A stretch of DNA of 64,000 nt from Azolla caroliniana (Eukaryota; Plantae; Polypodiophyta), in assembly GCA_043228905.1 (NCBI GenBank), contig JBHGNT010000001.1:6138001-6202000 (forward strand), given 5' to 3'. Within the stretch, counting starts at the first letter, position 1. Every line of letters starts with the position of its first letter. Shown here one piece after another: positions 25,289 to 37,943 of the stretch. The position numbers were made by a program, and so were the translations under genes. Below the pieces are notes generated by a model. That model had not been told where the DNA came from, made no database searches, and saw nothing but the letters and a program-made list of their open reading frames with translations.

Positions 25289-27217
25289 ATGGCATCTCAA
25301 AATGCTGGAGGAAAGTCGCTGCCACCCATATCGGGGCGGGGTACGCCGGCCCTGGATACTTGCACGCCAGTGACGGCGGAAGCCAGACCGCCGGCCATTA
25401 CCATAGGCAAAAGATCCCCGGCAACAACCGAAGATTTATCGCCGGCTCGGCCAAAATTAGGAGTTGAATCCCCTGGACCCAAGACCCACATTGTTGGCAC
25501 CGGCACCGGCACCAATGCTGGACGCCTTCCAGGGCCTGATTTTAATACAATGCACAAACCACCTGGTGATAAGATCAGAGGCGGCCCAGGAGATCAACCT
25601 GGGCCTGGCTCTTACGATCCCAAAGACGTGATTCGGAGCGGATGGCCCGCCGGCATCACGATGGGGGCCCCGAGGCACGGCGACAAACCTCCGGCAACAC
25701 CTGGGCCTGGGAATTACGATGTCCCCGATACTAGAAGCGAATCCCCGGCATTCTCCATGGGGAGGAAGAGCAGCGTTAGCCACCGGCGAAGCAGAGACAT
25801 CCCGGGCCCGGGCTCGTACTTCGTCACTCGGCATGGCAGCGGTACCGCCACGGATTCGATGCTTACGTTCAGCCAAGGATCGCCCATCGATACTGAGAAC
25901 CTGTCCGGGGTGTCTTCTTCATCGGTGAGCAGCCGTTTGCGGGAGTTGCCGGAGCATCGCCGCCGTCCCCGCTGGGACACCTCGCCCGGCCCGGCCTCTT
26001 ACAATGTGAATTCGCGCTTCACGTCTTCCACACCGCCGGCATTCACGTTCGGCTCGCACTTGCCTCACTCGATATTCGACGGTAAAGCCGCCTCGCTCAC
26101 CCCTGGCCCCGGCACCTACTCCCTCGACAGCTCGTTGGCTCCGTCCATGGCCGGCCGGTCCAGCCCGTCCTTCACGATCCAGGGACGCGATTCCACATGC
26201 GACACGATGATGTTACGGCAGAGTGCAGCCACTCCGGGGCCCGGCACATACGAGCAACGGAGCTACGCAGTCGAAGGCCCCGCATTGTCGCTAGGGAAGC
26301 GGTTACCGATGCCGCGCCAACCCTATATCCCCGGGCCCGGGGCCTACCACCAAGAAGGCAAACCGGCGGGCCCGTCGTTTAGCCTCTTCCGACGGAACAC
26401 GTTCTTCTCCCGCCCCGACCGCGGCACGCCTGGGCCCGGAAGCTACTACAATGCCGCCCTCTCCCGCCCGTCTTCTCCGGCATTTTCGATGAGCACTAAA
26501 TCGGCCCCTCCTGTCGCCGGGGCCAGGCGACAAGATATCGCGCCGGGGCCGGGGACTTACAACCTCCGGACTACCTTCGAAGGCCCCTATTACAGCCTCT
26601 TGTCCAGGACGGCGCCACCTAGCCGGAAATCGTTCGAAACACCTGGTCCCGGCCGCTACAACCTCGGCTCGACTGGACGGCCCGACTCTCCGGCTTTCAG
26701 CTTTGGTTGCAAAACACCCTCGGAAGTGAATGCGTCCCCTGGTCCAGGCCAATACGATACACAAAAGTTGATTGGGAGACCCTTAAGCTTCACCTTTGGC
26801 ATGAGGCCCCCTCAGTCTAAACGAATCATGGGGCCCGGGCCCGGCACTTACGAACCCATAAGCACCGTCTCCGGCCCCTCTCATTCGCTCCATGGGCGCT
26901 TTCGCACTAGCTACACGGCTACCGCGCCTTCCAAATATTTCCCCGGCCCCGGCACTTATAATATCAAGACGCGATTGCAAGGCCCCGCTTTCACACTGCC
27001 TTGTCGTTTGGACGGCCGTCGTGATGCTTGGCGATCCCAAACACCCGGGCCTGGTGCGTACGAGCTCCGTTCGGGTTGTGTTTCACACTCGCCGCCCAGA
27101 TTCAGCCTCGGACAACGCCTCGATCCCAAAGACCGGGAACGTCGTCCTGGCCCAGGGAGTTATAATTTACCCCTTCACTCTAGTGCGCCTGCTTTTTCCA
27201 TGCTCTCTCGTTTCTGA
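25289..27217 (+). CDS. Intronless SHIPPO-repeat (ODF3/STPG-like) PGPGxY protein, 642 aa; probable axonemal/sperm-flagellum microtubule-binding protein
   Basis: GC-rich uninterrupted ORF with 15 PGP(G/A)xY motifs, most followed by a PAFS/PSFT(M/F)G motif. Confidence 0.88.
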   Translation: MASQNAGGKSLPPISGRGTPALDTCTPVTAEARPPAITIGKRSPATTEDLSPARPKLGVESPGPKTHIVGTGTGTNAGRLPGPDFNTMHKPPGDKIRGGPGDQPGPGSYDPKDVIRSGWPAGITMGAPRHGDKPPATPGPGNYDVPDTRSESPAFSMGRKSSVSHRRSRDIPGPGSYFVTRHGSGTATDSMLTFSQGSPIDTENLSGVSSSSVSSRLRELPEHRRRPRWDTSPGPASYNVNSRFTSSTPPAFTFGSHLPHSIFDGKAASLTPGPGTYSLDSSLAPSMAGRSSPSFTIQGRDSTCDTMMLRQSAATPGPGTYEQRSYAVEGPALSLGKRLPMPRQPYIPGPGAYHQEGKPAGPSFSLFRRNTFFSRPDRGTPGPGSYYNAALSRPSSPAFSMSTKSAPPVAGARRQDIAPGPGTYNLRTTFEGPYYSLLSRTAPPSRKSFETPGPGRYNLGSTGRPDSPAFSFGCKTPSEVNASPGPGQYDTQKLIGRPLSFTFGMRPPQSKRIMGPGPGTYEPISTVSGPSHSLHGRFRTSYTATAPSKYFPGPGTYNIKTRLQGPAFTLPCRLDGRRDAWRSQTPGPGAYELRSGCVSHSPPRFSLGQRLDPKDRERRPGPGSYNLPLHSSAPAFSMLSRF

Positions 27218-27799
27218 TTTCACACAAATGAACAATGTTTGTTCTCGCTTGTATTCAATCCTTACTCCTTGTACATAATACTCCGAGCCCTTGAGAGAAA
27301 ACAATTTATAATTATAAATAAATAAAATTGCTTTGTAGTCATTAGTCGCTATATTGCTACTTTTGTTACCATTTTCACATGCGGTTTTATGATTCTCTTG
27401 CTTTGGTATATAAAAACTTGATTTAAAAAAATGAATTTGCTTAGCTATCATTGGGCACTTTATTGTTTCTTGTGTAACGTGTTATCACTTTCACATACAT
27501 CTTTATGGGTTCCTTGGTTCAGTATAAAAAGGTTCCTTGGTTTAGTATAAAAACTTGTAGCAACAATGCAATATAAGTGAATGCCCCTTGAAGTACTCAA
27601 GGAACACGCAAACGTTTGGTGAGAGGAATCATAGACATGCTTAAAAATTCAAGATTATGCAAAGCCACCGGCCTTTTGATCACACACACACATGGTATAA
27701 TATTTCCACCCATTTCAAATATTGGTGCGTATAGGAGGTGGTGTAGTTGCATGAAGACTACACTTGTATCTCAAAACCATATTGCAGACAAATTAGAAG

Positions 27800-29400
27800 T
27801 TTATATCTTTAGGTCACCAAAGAAGGTTGACCCCCGAACATCGTGGATGCATGTGAATTAGTGCATGTACAATAGGACTTATGAAGAGAGCGACTAAAGC
27901 AAATGGAGCACACATGAACAGATAGTTCCTACCATAATAGAAGCCACACATTGACATGAGGTGCCATGCTCTCCTTACCATCACCTCACCATGAGAAACC
28001 CAAAGTTTGAAGACTCTATAAGAAAGGAAGGAGACTAAAGGCATGTTGGAACTCAATGATAGAAGTATTAAGGCTAACGTGATCCCTATATAATGCATTG
28101 TAAGACTTTATGTAATAAAGTATGTTATTGATTACCTATTTTATGTCCATTAAGTTTGTATGAGAGTGATTAATCTATGTATGAGTCATTAATATGGGAG
28201 TTTTGCATGTGTTTTGATAAGGATTGAGGTATAATATATGAATATTGATATCATTGTGTATAGAGTGGATGTAAATAATTATGTTAAGCGGAATAAGAAT
28301 AACCGACTACTACAAAGGAGGGAGGAGGGTGCTTTATATACATATAGTCACCCTCTCTCTACATTCTCGCTAGAATCTTGGGGAGTGGCGAAACCCATTA
28401 ACTATGTGTCATAGAATATAACTCCATGACACTTCAGTTATGTTACAAGGTGGTGACCTTTGAGTGTCTATGTGTGCATTCACATGCATTACATATTCTC
28501 AAAGGTGTGTTCACACACTAGACTAAGTTGAGTTTGATTCTGAACGATGGATTAATCAACTTTTTGGCATGCTTTTCATTATAATTTTTTGTGGATTAAT
28601 TAATCACATCATGTCTTTACTTTCTTGGTATATTCTTAGGTCGTGCCTACAATTCTTCCTTCTCCCATTACATACACAAATACTAGCCACCAATTCACTC
28701 ATTAGATTACTCAAAGAACATCTTGCTTATGATGTGACCAAGAGGACTTTGTAAGAGCCGCATGAGTGTTATTTTGCTTAATAGCGCAATCAAAACTTTA
28801 ATTTGGTACCTCTTTTTGTGCTTCTCGGCCCTCACCAAATTGATCTCCTTGACGGTGTTACTTTACTTCAATTTGGTTGTGCTTTGCTCTATACAATAGG
28901 GGAGTGCTTGCTAGTACACGAACTATCCCTTCTTAATACTCACGATGCTCCATACCAAGGGGTTATGCACACACTAATTTCAACACGTGCACAACATAAT
29001 TAATTTAACGTAATGTTTGTGAATGCTCTATGTAAGAATCTCATGATCGTTAAGCAAATAAATATAAGGAAGAAATAAGGAATAGAGGGCGCTAGACCAC
29101 CCCCTAATGAAGGTGAGAGGTGGCTCAGAGTACCACATTGTTGTCCCATACCACTGAGTATAAACATGGATTGTACCTTGGGTTTGAGGAAGGAGGAACA
29201 CACACTTGTAGCTAGAGAGTTGCAATTTTGGCAGAGTCCCCACGTATTAACTCTTGTGCACTTCATGGATGTAGTTAGCCTTCTTTTATAGGCTCAAACC
29301 TATGTCCTTGACTATTCACACTTGACTGCTTCATTAGAAGTGGTCCAATGATGAAATATTCAAAAGTTATATCCATTATAGGTTTGAGAATAACTCAATC
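27800..29400. mobile_element. Degraded LTR fragments
   Basis: TGTAA...TTACA-bounded block at 28099-28447 with a TATA-like core; further LTR-like sequence with ttttatagg near 29285. No TSD found. Confidence 0.3.
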
Positions 29401-29796
29401 CTCTCTTTTCATTCATTATGAACTAGTCGCACGTACAAACCTTAACGCCAAAGAACTATGGCTCATTTTACCATGAGGCTAGTTGTGGCTACGCTCATGA
29501 CACTCTCACTCTCAATTGATTGGAAAATACTTTGTAAAATAGTTTAGACAACTGTGTCAATGTTGAGGCATTTGCGCTTGTTTGTAAAATAGTTTATTTG
29601 CCCAAAATTTTAATGTGGATCAAATACCTACAACATGTAGATAAACTTCTGGAAATGTATAAAAGCGTTGTTGTTGACCAATAAGATATGGATAGTCCAT
29701 TAAGATGAGTTAAGGCATTTTAAGTAGAAAAAGAGTGATGAGAGTGTCTTTGGGTAGGTTGAGTTTTAGCCTCTGGATTGGGGGTTGTATTCAAAT

Positions 29797-30293
29797 TTGC
29801 AGATTTTGTTTGATCATGTTGAATAGTGATAGTTCATTTTATCTATTCAAATTTATATAGAAATCTTGCAACTTTTTCCAATTGAAGATCAATTAAAATG
29901 GATGAGATTTCCAAATATTAGTATAACTTTATTACCTTCATGAATTTGAGACATTTTTCTTAAATTTCTCCAACATATCTAAAATTGAGCATAATGTTTA
30001 CTCAAATAATCTTATGTATAATAAACAACTTGCAGATTTTGTTTGATCATGTTCAATAGTGAGAGTTTGTTTGATCATGTTGAATAGTATAGTTCATTTT
30101 ATCTATTCAAATTTATATAGAAATCTTCCAACTTTTTCCAATTGAAGATCAATTAAAATGGACGATATTTCCAAATATTAGTATAACTTTATTCCCTTCA
30201 TGAATTTGAGACATTTTCTTAAATTTCTCCAACATATGTAAAGTTGTGCACAATGTTTACTCAAATAATCTTATGTATAGTAAACAACTTGCC
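29797..30293. repeat. Tandem duplication, unit about 235-260 bp
   Basis: ttgcagattttgtttgatcatgtt...ctcaaataatcttatgtata.taaacaacttgc is present twice; the second copy has a small internal re-duplication. Confidence 0.9.
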
Positions 30294-30329
30294 CATATGT
30301 GACATGATTTGTATTGTATGTATAGGAAT

Positions 30330-33300
30330 TTGGAGGTAACGGTGAGATGGTTGATGTGGAAAGATGAAGCATACTTCTTGAGTTTTTGATAAGGGTGCGC
30401 GTTGCCTGCTCAAAGATGGGTAATTGGGACGAAGGTCAAGGAGATTGCTAAAGATGGGTACGAAAGAGATCAATCTCTTGGTAATGCTTTGAGAGACATG
30501 TACACAAAATGTGCCTCACTTATGCTATCACGGGTTGTATTGAGGATCTACCAAGTCAAGATGGAATATTTATGTATCCGTCCTTCAAAAGCAAGATGTA
30601 GTGGCATGCAATATTGTTGAGCGGCAAGTTCAACCGGATCTGGATTGGTATCCAAAAGGATGAGTCGGATCGGTGAGCTAGTGAGCTGGGGAGCCGGTTA
30701 GCTGGATCAAGCAGTAACCGGAAGCCAAGTAGCAGCTAGTCTACTAGGGATTTAATATCTTGTAGTTAGTGTCAGACGCTCGTGTGAGCATTGAAGTACA
30801 CCGTACTTCTGTCAGTCCAGATGGACTTGTATAAAAGTGTTCACTGAACACATACGATGTACAGATTGAGCAGTATTTTTTGAATTGTTTTTCTGTGTGC
30901 TCTCTCTCTGTTTCTGTCTCTCCCGCGTACTGTTAAGCTCTCCATTAAACTTGTTTTCTGCTTTCTGTTTTTCTATTGCTTCCACACGCTATTTGTTTCT
31001 ACATGGTATCAGAGCATGACGGTTGAAGACCTCTGCAACCGACATTCGCTTTCGCAAGACAAACCCTACAGGTTGTGAGAACAGAACAGTAGACAAAAAA
31101 AAATGGACAGAGGAATGGCAAGCTCGCTCTCGGTGGAGAAGCTCGACAGAACCAACTACGCATCTTGGTCTTACAAGATGCACCAGTACTTGCTTGGGCA
31201 TGGGTACTGGAGCTATGTCGACGGAGCTAACAACACAACACCTAATGCGACACACAAGGACTTCCTAGTGTGGGAACAAGCGACAAGCAGAGTGATGTAC
31301 TGCTTCGCGTCCAGTGTCGAAGACCAGCTGCCAAGCCATATCCGAGATGCCAAGATGCCAAAGGAAGCTTGGGGAAACCTGAAGAAGGTTTTCGCCGCAA
31401 GCACAACAGCCAGGAAGCTGCAACTCAGACAGGAGCTCAGCAATATCCGACAGAAAAATTTGTCTATGGCTGATTACATGACCCGAATCAAGGAAATTTG
31501 TGACTCACTCGCCTCCGTCAATGTAAATGTCGAGGAGGATGAGATGGTGCAAGTGTGCCTTGGTGGGCTAGCGTCCAGGTTCGGAGCTTTCCGAACGGCG
31601 GTCTGTACGAGGGAGAATATGCCGTCATTTTTCGACTTACAGTCGATGCTCCTTGTAGAGGAGAACCACGCTGGTGCGTCAACAAGTGCACCCACCGACA
31701 ACCGGATGCTGTACACAGAGGCGGATCGGCCCTGTGGGCGTGGTGGACGAAGCGGGTCGGCTCGCAATGGTAGCGGCCGGCAAGAGCAAGACCGACAACA
31801 CAGAGACCGTGCCAACAACAGTTCCTGAACCTCCACAACTAGGGGGAGTCAAGGTGGCGCCGGAGGCTGGCAAGACAAATCCGCCACGGAATGCTGGTAT
31901 CGGACAGATCGTCGACCAGGGAATGCAGGTGTGGTTTACACACCTTGGGTGCTTCATTGAAGAGGAGGGCCAGATTATTGCGCAAGGGCGTAGAGACGGG
32001 AGTACGTTCATCCTCGACACCAATGACGTCGGCACCGCTTTGTTCGCCAAAGGATAGAAGATTGAATCAGACATCGATCTCTAGCACAAGTGGATTGGCC
32101 ACATCAATTACTGGAGGCTTCAAGACCTACAAACAAAACAAGTTGTTTTTGGTTTGCCGAAGTTTAGTGGCCGGAAGGCCCAAGTATGTGAAGCCTGCTG
32201 ACTCGGGAAGCAACACCGGCTTCCATTCCCCACCGAATGAAACCGTAGCCATAACAAGCTCGACCTTATTCATTTGGATGTATGGGAACTGGCATAGAAC
32301 GTGAGTCTTGGCGGGAGTTGATACTTCGTCTCCTTCATCGACGACTATAGCCGGCACACATGGATCTACCTCATTGAGTGGAAGAGCGAAGTCTTCGATT
32401 GTTTCCGGAACCTCCAAAGCATGGTGGAACGGGAATCAGAGAGGAAGATCAAGTGCCTACGGTCAGATGGCGGAAAAGAATATTTTTCCGGCCAATTCAA
32501 CAGTTATCTGCAGTAAATAGGAATTCAGAGAGAGTTCAGCTGCAGATACACACCGGAGCAAAACGGTGAATGCTGGAAGAGAAGAGCATGCCCCATTTCT
32601 ACTGGGCGAAGGCGGTTCGGACAACCGTCTACATCCAAAACCAGATCGGTGACAAGGTGTCCGCGCATGAGCTGTATTTCGGGCTCAAGCCGAATTTGAG
32701 ACACCTTCGGATTTTTGGCAGCATAACATATGTGCATGTGCCGGATGAGAAGTGGAGGAAGCAGGATGCAAAATCGGAGAAGTGCATCCTCGTTGGCTAC
32801 TCACATGAGCAAAAGTGGTATAAGTGTTATAACCCCCGGACGAAGCAGGTCCGAGTTAGCCATGATGTTGAGTTTGATGAGACGACATCATGGTATGCCT
32901 TACCGGCTCCGACTTTCGACCCTGACCCGATATCGGAGGATGAGGCTAATGAGCCGGAACCGGTCTAGATAGAAGATGATGAATCCGGGACTCTAGAGGA
33001 GAGTCCGGAATCCTTTCGGTTGAGTGGGCCGAACGAGAGATTGGGTCAATCCGACCAGTCAGAAGAGGAACCAACGAGTAGTGAAGACTCTGCCGTGCTC
33101 TCCCCGCGCACGGAACCGAGGAGACAATTCACGCGCAAAGAGAAGGGGAAGAAGAAGATGCCGGATTATGAAACCGGTAATGATGAGTCGGATCAGAGCA
33201 GATGCGACTCTGTCAAGGAAAATGACGGCTCTTCGGCACCGAAGACCGAACAGGCCAAGAAGGGCATCAAACCGGGTTACGCCGGTCAACCTGCCAGAAG

Positions 33301-36110
33301 GAACCTGTTAAGCGGTACGGGTACAATGAGTACATGGCGCATCATTATGCGTACATGACCAAGGTGGCGGAAGTGCGTGAGCCGGAGAGCTACGCAGAAG
33401 CGGCAAGGGATGCAAATTGGCGTGCCGCTATGGAGGAAGAGATGCGGGCACTTGATGCCAACGATACATGAGACCTGGTTGACCCTCCCCGTCATTATAA
33501 ACCGATCGGATGCAAGTGGGTGTACAAGGTAAAGTACAACACTGACGGTTCAGTTAACCGGTACAAGGCCTGATTAGTGGCAAAGGGATACGCGTAGACC
33601 CACAGAATTGATTACGACGAGACCTTCGCTCCGGTAGAGAAGATGACGATGGTTCGTGTGGTGATGGCGGTTGTTGCGGCAAGGGAGTGGCATCTTCACT
33701 AGATGGACGTGAAGAATGCATTTCTTCAAGGCGATCTAGAAGAAGAGGTCTTTATGACCCAACCTCTCGGTTTTCAGTTAGGAGTGAACAAGTCGGCTGT
33801 ATGCCGGGTGAAGAAATCCCTGTATGGCTTGAAACAAGCCCCCGAGCTTGGAATGCGAAGATCATGCACCGGTTGCGTAAGATGGGGTTTGTGGCCTCCA
33901 AATCCGACTCTTCATTGTTCATCCGGCAAGGTCCGGATGGTCCAGTTTGCATCTTGTTGTATGTTGATGATCTGGTCATCACCAGACTCGGACTCGATGA
34001 AATCAACCAAGTCAAGTCCCAACTGTCGGACGCATTTGAGATGAAGGACCTGGGGGACCTTCACTATTTCCTTGGGATCGAGGTGATCCGAACCCCCGAC
34101 GGCATATTGCTCTCACAAGGACACTATGTGTTGAATATGCTGTACAAGTTCGGCATGACGGAATGCCGCTCTATTTCTACACCCTTGGACCGGAAACAGA
34201 AGCTCCGTCGCAACTCCGGACTGGCCTGCGATGAGAAACGGTTCCGACAAATTGTCGCAAGCCTTATATATTTGACCATCACCCGACCCGACATCAACTA
34301 TCCGGTCGTTGTGATTAGTCAATTCATGCATAAGCCGACCGTCGAGCATCTTCAATGCGCGCACCGAATACTGCGGTATGTGAATGACACGAAGGACCGA
34401 GGACTGTTATACCGGCGAGGTATGACCGAAGAGCTAGTCGGCTACACGAATGCCGATTGGGCCGGCGATGCATCAGATCATCGTTCCACTTCCGGCTATA
34501 TGTTTTCCCTTGGTAGTGCGGCTGTTACGTGGAGCAACAAAAAGCAGCCAACAGTGGCTCTGTTGAGCACTGAGGTTGAATACCGGGGCGCTACCATTGC
34601 CACCTGTGAAGCCATTTGGCTTCGGCGATTGCTGCAAGACCTGCAGATCGAGGCGTCGACCCCGATCCTGATCTACTGCAACAACATAAGCAGCATGCAA
34701 CTCGCCAAGAACCCCGTATTCCATGCTCACACAAAGCACATCGAAGTGCAGTACCACTTCGTGCATGTGAGCGTGTCCTGAGCGGTGAAGTCAAACTTCG
34801 GTATGTTCATACGGATCGGCAAATTGCCGACATCTTCACCAAACCGCTCGGATTGGACAAGTTGCAGCACTTCACCGAAATGCTTGGTGTTTAGCATCTC
34901 GACGTGCCACACTTGAGGGGGAGAATGGGCAAAGACACCACCGGAACGGGCAAAGGCAAAGAGACTGCCGATTGCGCCGGTGGGGGAAGAACCGACAAGG
35001 GGAGAGAAAAGAAGAAGAAAGGAGCCGAGTTGACAAAGGAAGTTGACACATCCAAACAAGTCGAAGCAAGCGGCAGCGGAGGCAGAGTCAAGAAGGATAG
35101 AGCCGACCGGAAGAAGAAGGCCAAGACCCGGACATGGTCCGATGTGGTGAAGGGCCTGGAACCAGAAGACGAATCGGGAGCAACCGATTCAGACAAGAGT
35201 TGGAACGAATCGGAGACAGTTGATTCGGTTCTATAGAAGGATTTGGAAGAACCGGATCAATTCAAGGCCAAGAGGACAAGAAGGCAGCAAAAGTCGACGC
35301 CAACACGAAGGAATCGGCGAATCGACAAGAGCCGAAGTCACAACAACGAGGCAGCTGAATTGGGCATGTTGAGCAGACAAGCCGACCAAGGGAGTCGAGA
35401 TGCACAGGAACAGAAGGGTCGCGGAAAACGGGACCGGACCAGACGAGGAGTGCGAGCGAGGCGGAGTGACGCCAGAAGGAGCCAAGTGAAAGGACCGGCT
35501 GCCATAGAGACTGACACTACGATCCGACCTTAGATTGAGCTTGAGAGGGAGTGTTGAGTGACAAGCTCAACCGGATCCGGATTGGCATCCAGAAGGATGA
35601 GCCGGATCGGTGAGCCGGTGGCCGGTGAGTTGGGGAGCCGGTTAGCTGGATCAAGCAGTAACCGGAAGCCAAGTAGCAGATAGTCTACTAGGGATTTAAT
35701 ATCTCGCAGTTAGTGTTAGACGCTCGTGTGAGCATTGAAGTATACCGTACTTCTGTCAGTCCGGATGGACTTGTATAAAAGTGTTCACTGAACACATACG
35801 ATGTACAGACTGAGCAATATTTTTTGAATTGTTTTTCTGTCCCTCCCACGTACTGTTAAGCTCTCCATTAAACCTATTTTCTGCTTTTTGTTTTTCTATT
35901 GTTTCCGCACGCTATTTGTTTATACAAATATACTTACAACAGGGTATATGGAACATGGACCTACTTTGTGGATATGTTAGTATGGTATGTTGGTATGGTT
36001 ATGTTGAAGATCTTCAGTACATTTTGAACCAGATGCAAACCGAGGGTGTATCCCCAAGTTCAGCCATCTTTGTCTGTAGCATGAAGAAGAGGGGTCCCAA
36101 AGGCCCCTAA
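30330..36110 (+). pseudogene. PLS-type PPR gene relic split by the Copia insertion (pieces about 30330-30614 and 35927-36110)
   Basis: EIAKDGYERDQSLGNALRDMYTKCASL on the left and W..GY..DLQYILNQMQTEGVSPSSAIFVCSMK on the right are PPR motif consensus fragments, with stops and frameshifts. Confidence 0.7.
30615..35926 (+). mobile_element. Ty1/Copia LTR retrotransposon, structurally complete but decayed
   Basis: LTRs 30615-31003 and 35552-35926 (TGTTGAG...TACA, moderately diverged), TSD AATAT, PBS TGGTATCAGAGC (31004-31015, tRNA-iMet), PPT ttgagagggag before the 3' LTR. Gag (31103-31828), integrase, RT (LYVDD) and RNase H fragments carry stops and frameshifts; the protease region appears deleted. 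Confidence 0.95.
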
Positions 36111-36119
36111 CTATAGAAA

Positions 36120-37078
36120 CATTGATGTTTTGATGAAACACTAATAGTTTTTAGATGATGGAGCTTCATGGAATCCATGAATTTGCAACTATTGTTGGTT
36201 ATCTAAACCAAATTTTTGCAGAGGGAGAGCGATTGCATTTCATTCATTGGGACTTCCAAAAGTTTGCAAAAAGAAAGTCACAAAGTTTTAAGAATGATTG
36301 GGAGAGTTGCTAGTCAAGCACTCAATCTAACTGGGTATTAGTATACCGGTAGACCTTCAGTTGTGAAGACTAGCACTCATCATTCTAGTGTGCATTTAAA
36401 CTCAAATGTTCTTACAAACAAAGATGTTTGGATGCCAAAAGATTTGATGCCCGTGAAAGATTTGAGAGAATCTTTGACTGACTTAAGTGAATTGGCAAAG
36501 TTAACAAAGATTGAACCAAAGAGCACTAAACAGATTGAATTTGTACAAAAGGAGGATCAAAATTTATGGCAAGGATAGAAAGGAACCAAGATATCACAAT
36601 GGGTTTTTGAGAAAAAACTGTATTGACAGCTTGGATTGGAAAAATGTTGCTCAATATGCTTATGGCTTGGCTACCTTAGGTCATCAGTTATTCTCCTTGG
36701 GCCTGTCAGATATTCCCAAGGTTGATCCACACAACATTATAGCAGATGCTCTAATGGATATGTATCAAAATATGGGAGATGCATCGGCATTACAATATGG
36801 TGGATCTTCTGCTCATAATATTGTTTTTCTTGAGAGGTATAGAAGGGAAACCCTCACTTTGGGGGTTGGATTCTAATGATTCATTACACATTGGGAGTAA
36901 TGGTGATGATTCACATGCATATGATGCTTTGTATAAGAAGTTTCTTTCAAGTGTGGACTTAACTAAGGACTTCTTTTTAGCTGCACATACCCAATTATGC
37001 AAAGCTTACAAAGGAATATGTTTGTTGATGAGGCCGAGAGGATGCCATATGAAAACATGTTTGTTTGGAATTATTTTG
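36120..37078 (+). pseudogene. Intronless, rearranged SAC-domain phosphoinositide phosphatase (SAC1/FIG4-like) pseudogene
   Basis: LHFIHWDFQKFAK; GFLRKNCIDSLDWKNVAQYAYGLATLG (degenerate RxNCxDCLDRTN catalytic motif); MYQNMGDASALQYGGSSAHN; EGKPSLWGLDS; then YKKFLSSVDLTKDFF.S.TYPIMQSLQRN...PYENMFVWN. Confidence 0.9.
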
Positions 37079-37943
37079 TATGTTGTAGTTGATATGCCTT
37101 TTTATAAAACTAATGGAAGGATATTTTGTTTCGAAAAAAAATAAAACTTACCCATATGTGTGTTGACTTTAAAGACAATATTGGCATCAAGTGTTCACAT
37201 ACCATGAGAGTCAAGACACGTACAATTAAGTAATAAATACGCTAATACTAATTGTAAATGCATGCATGAAGGATATGCAAATAATTCATTCACATTTTGA
37301 AGCCCTCATTTTGTGCATTAGATCTATATAAAAATGTGACGGATTATTACTACATACATGGTATATACTTATTTTACATAAATAAATGATCGATTTGATG
37401 GCATGCATCCCAACGTAAAAAAAATCATCAAGGTAATGCTTTCATTACCACCTCAGGGATTAAAAGTTTTATTTGCACTAATAATTCTTGCTCTTGATGT
37501 GCATGCACCCATATTGAAAAGATATTAGTTCTACTTTTTTCTGGAAATTAGGTTGTGTCTGGAAAAAATGGAAAAAATGGAAAAAAAATAAAATAAATAT
37601 GAGCACACCAAGGCCCTTGATTGCGCAAAATTAAGTTAAAATAAGAAAAATGGCATCGGCCTTAGTTAAGTCTTTATGCATATACAAGGATTTGGTCTAA
37701 TTTTCGACCAAGTAAGAAACAAAGGTATTATCTTGGTAATTACAAATTGTTATTCCAATTACAGTACAAGCCATTATAAATATGCTAGGAAGATAAACTA
37801 GCATAATGCAACATGGCTCTCACTCTGAAACAATATGTGTGTGCTAATATTAGCTTGTAGTTAAAAAGAGAGAGATTGTTTTGCATGTGAACAAAGGAAT
37901 AAGCCTAACATGTCTAATTTATGCCATACGATGGGAACTACCT

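Noticed and set aside
25297-27278. Overlapping and antisense ORFs across the SHIPPO gene
   Set aside because: Shadow ORFs expected from GC-rich coding sequence.
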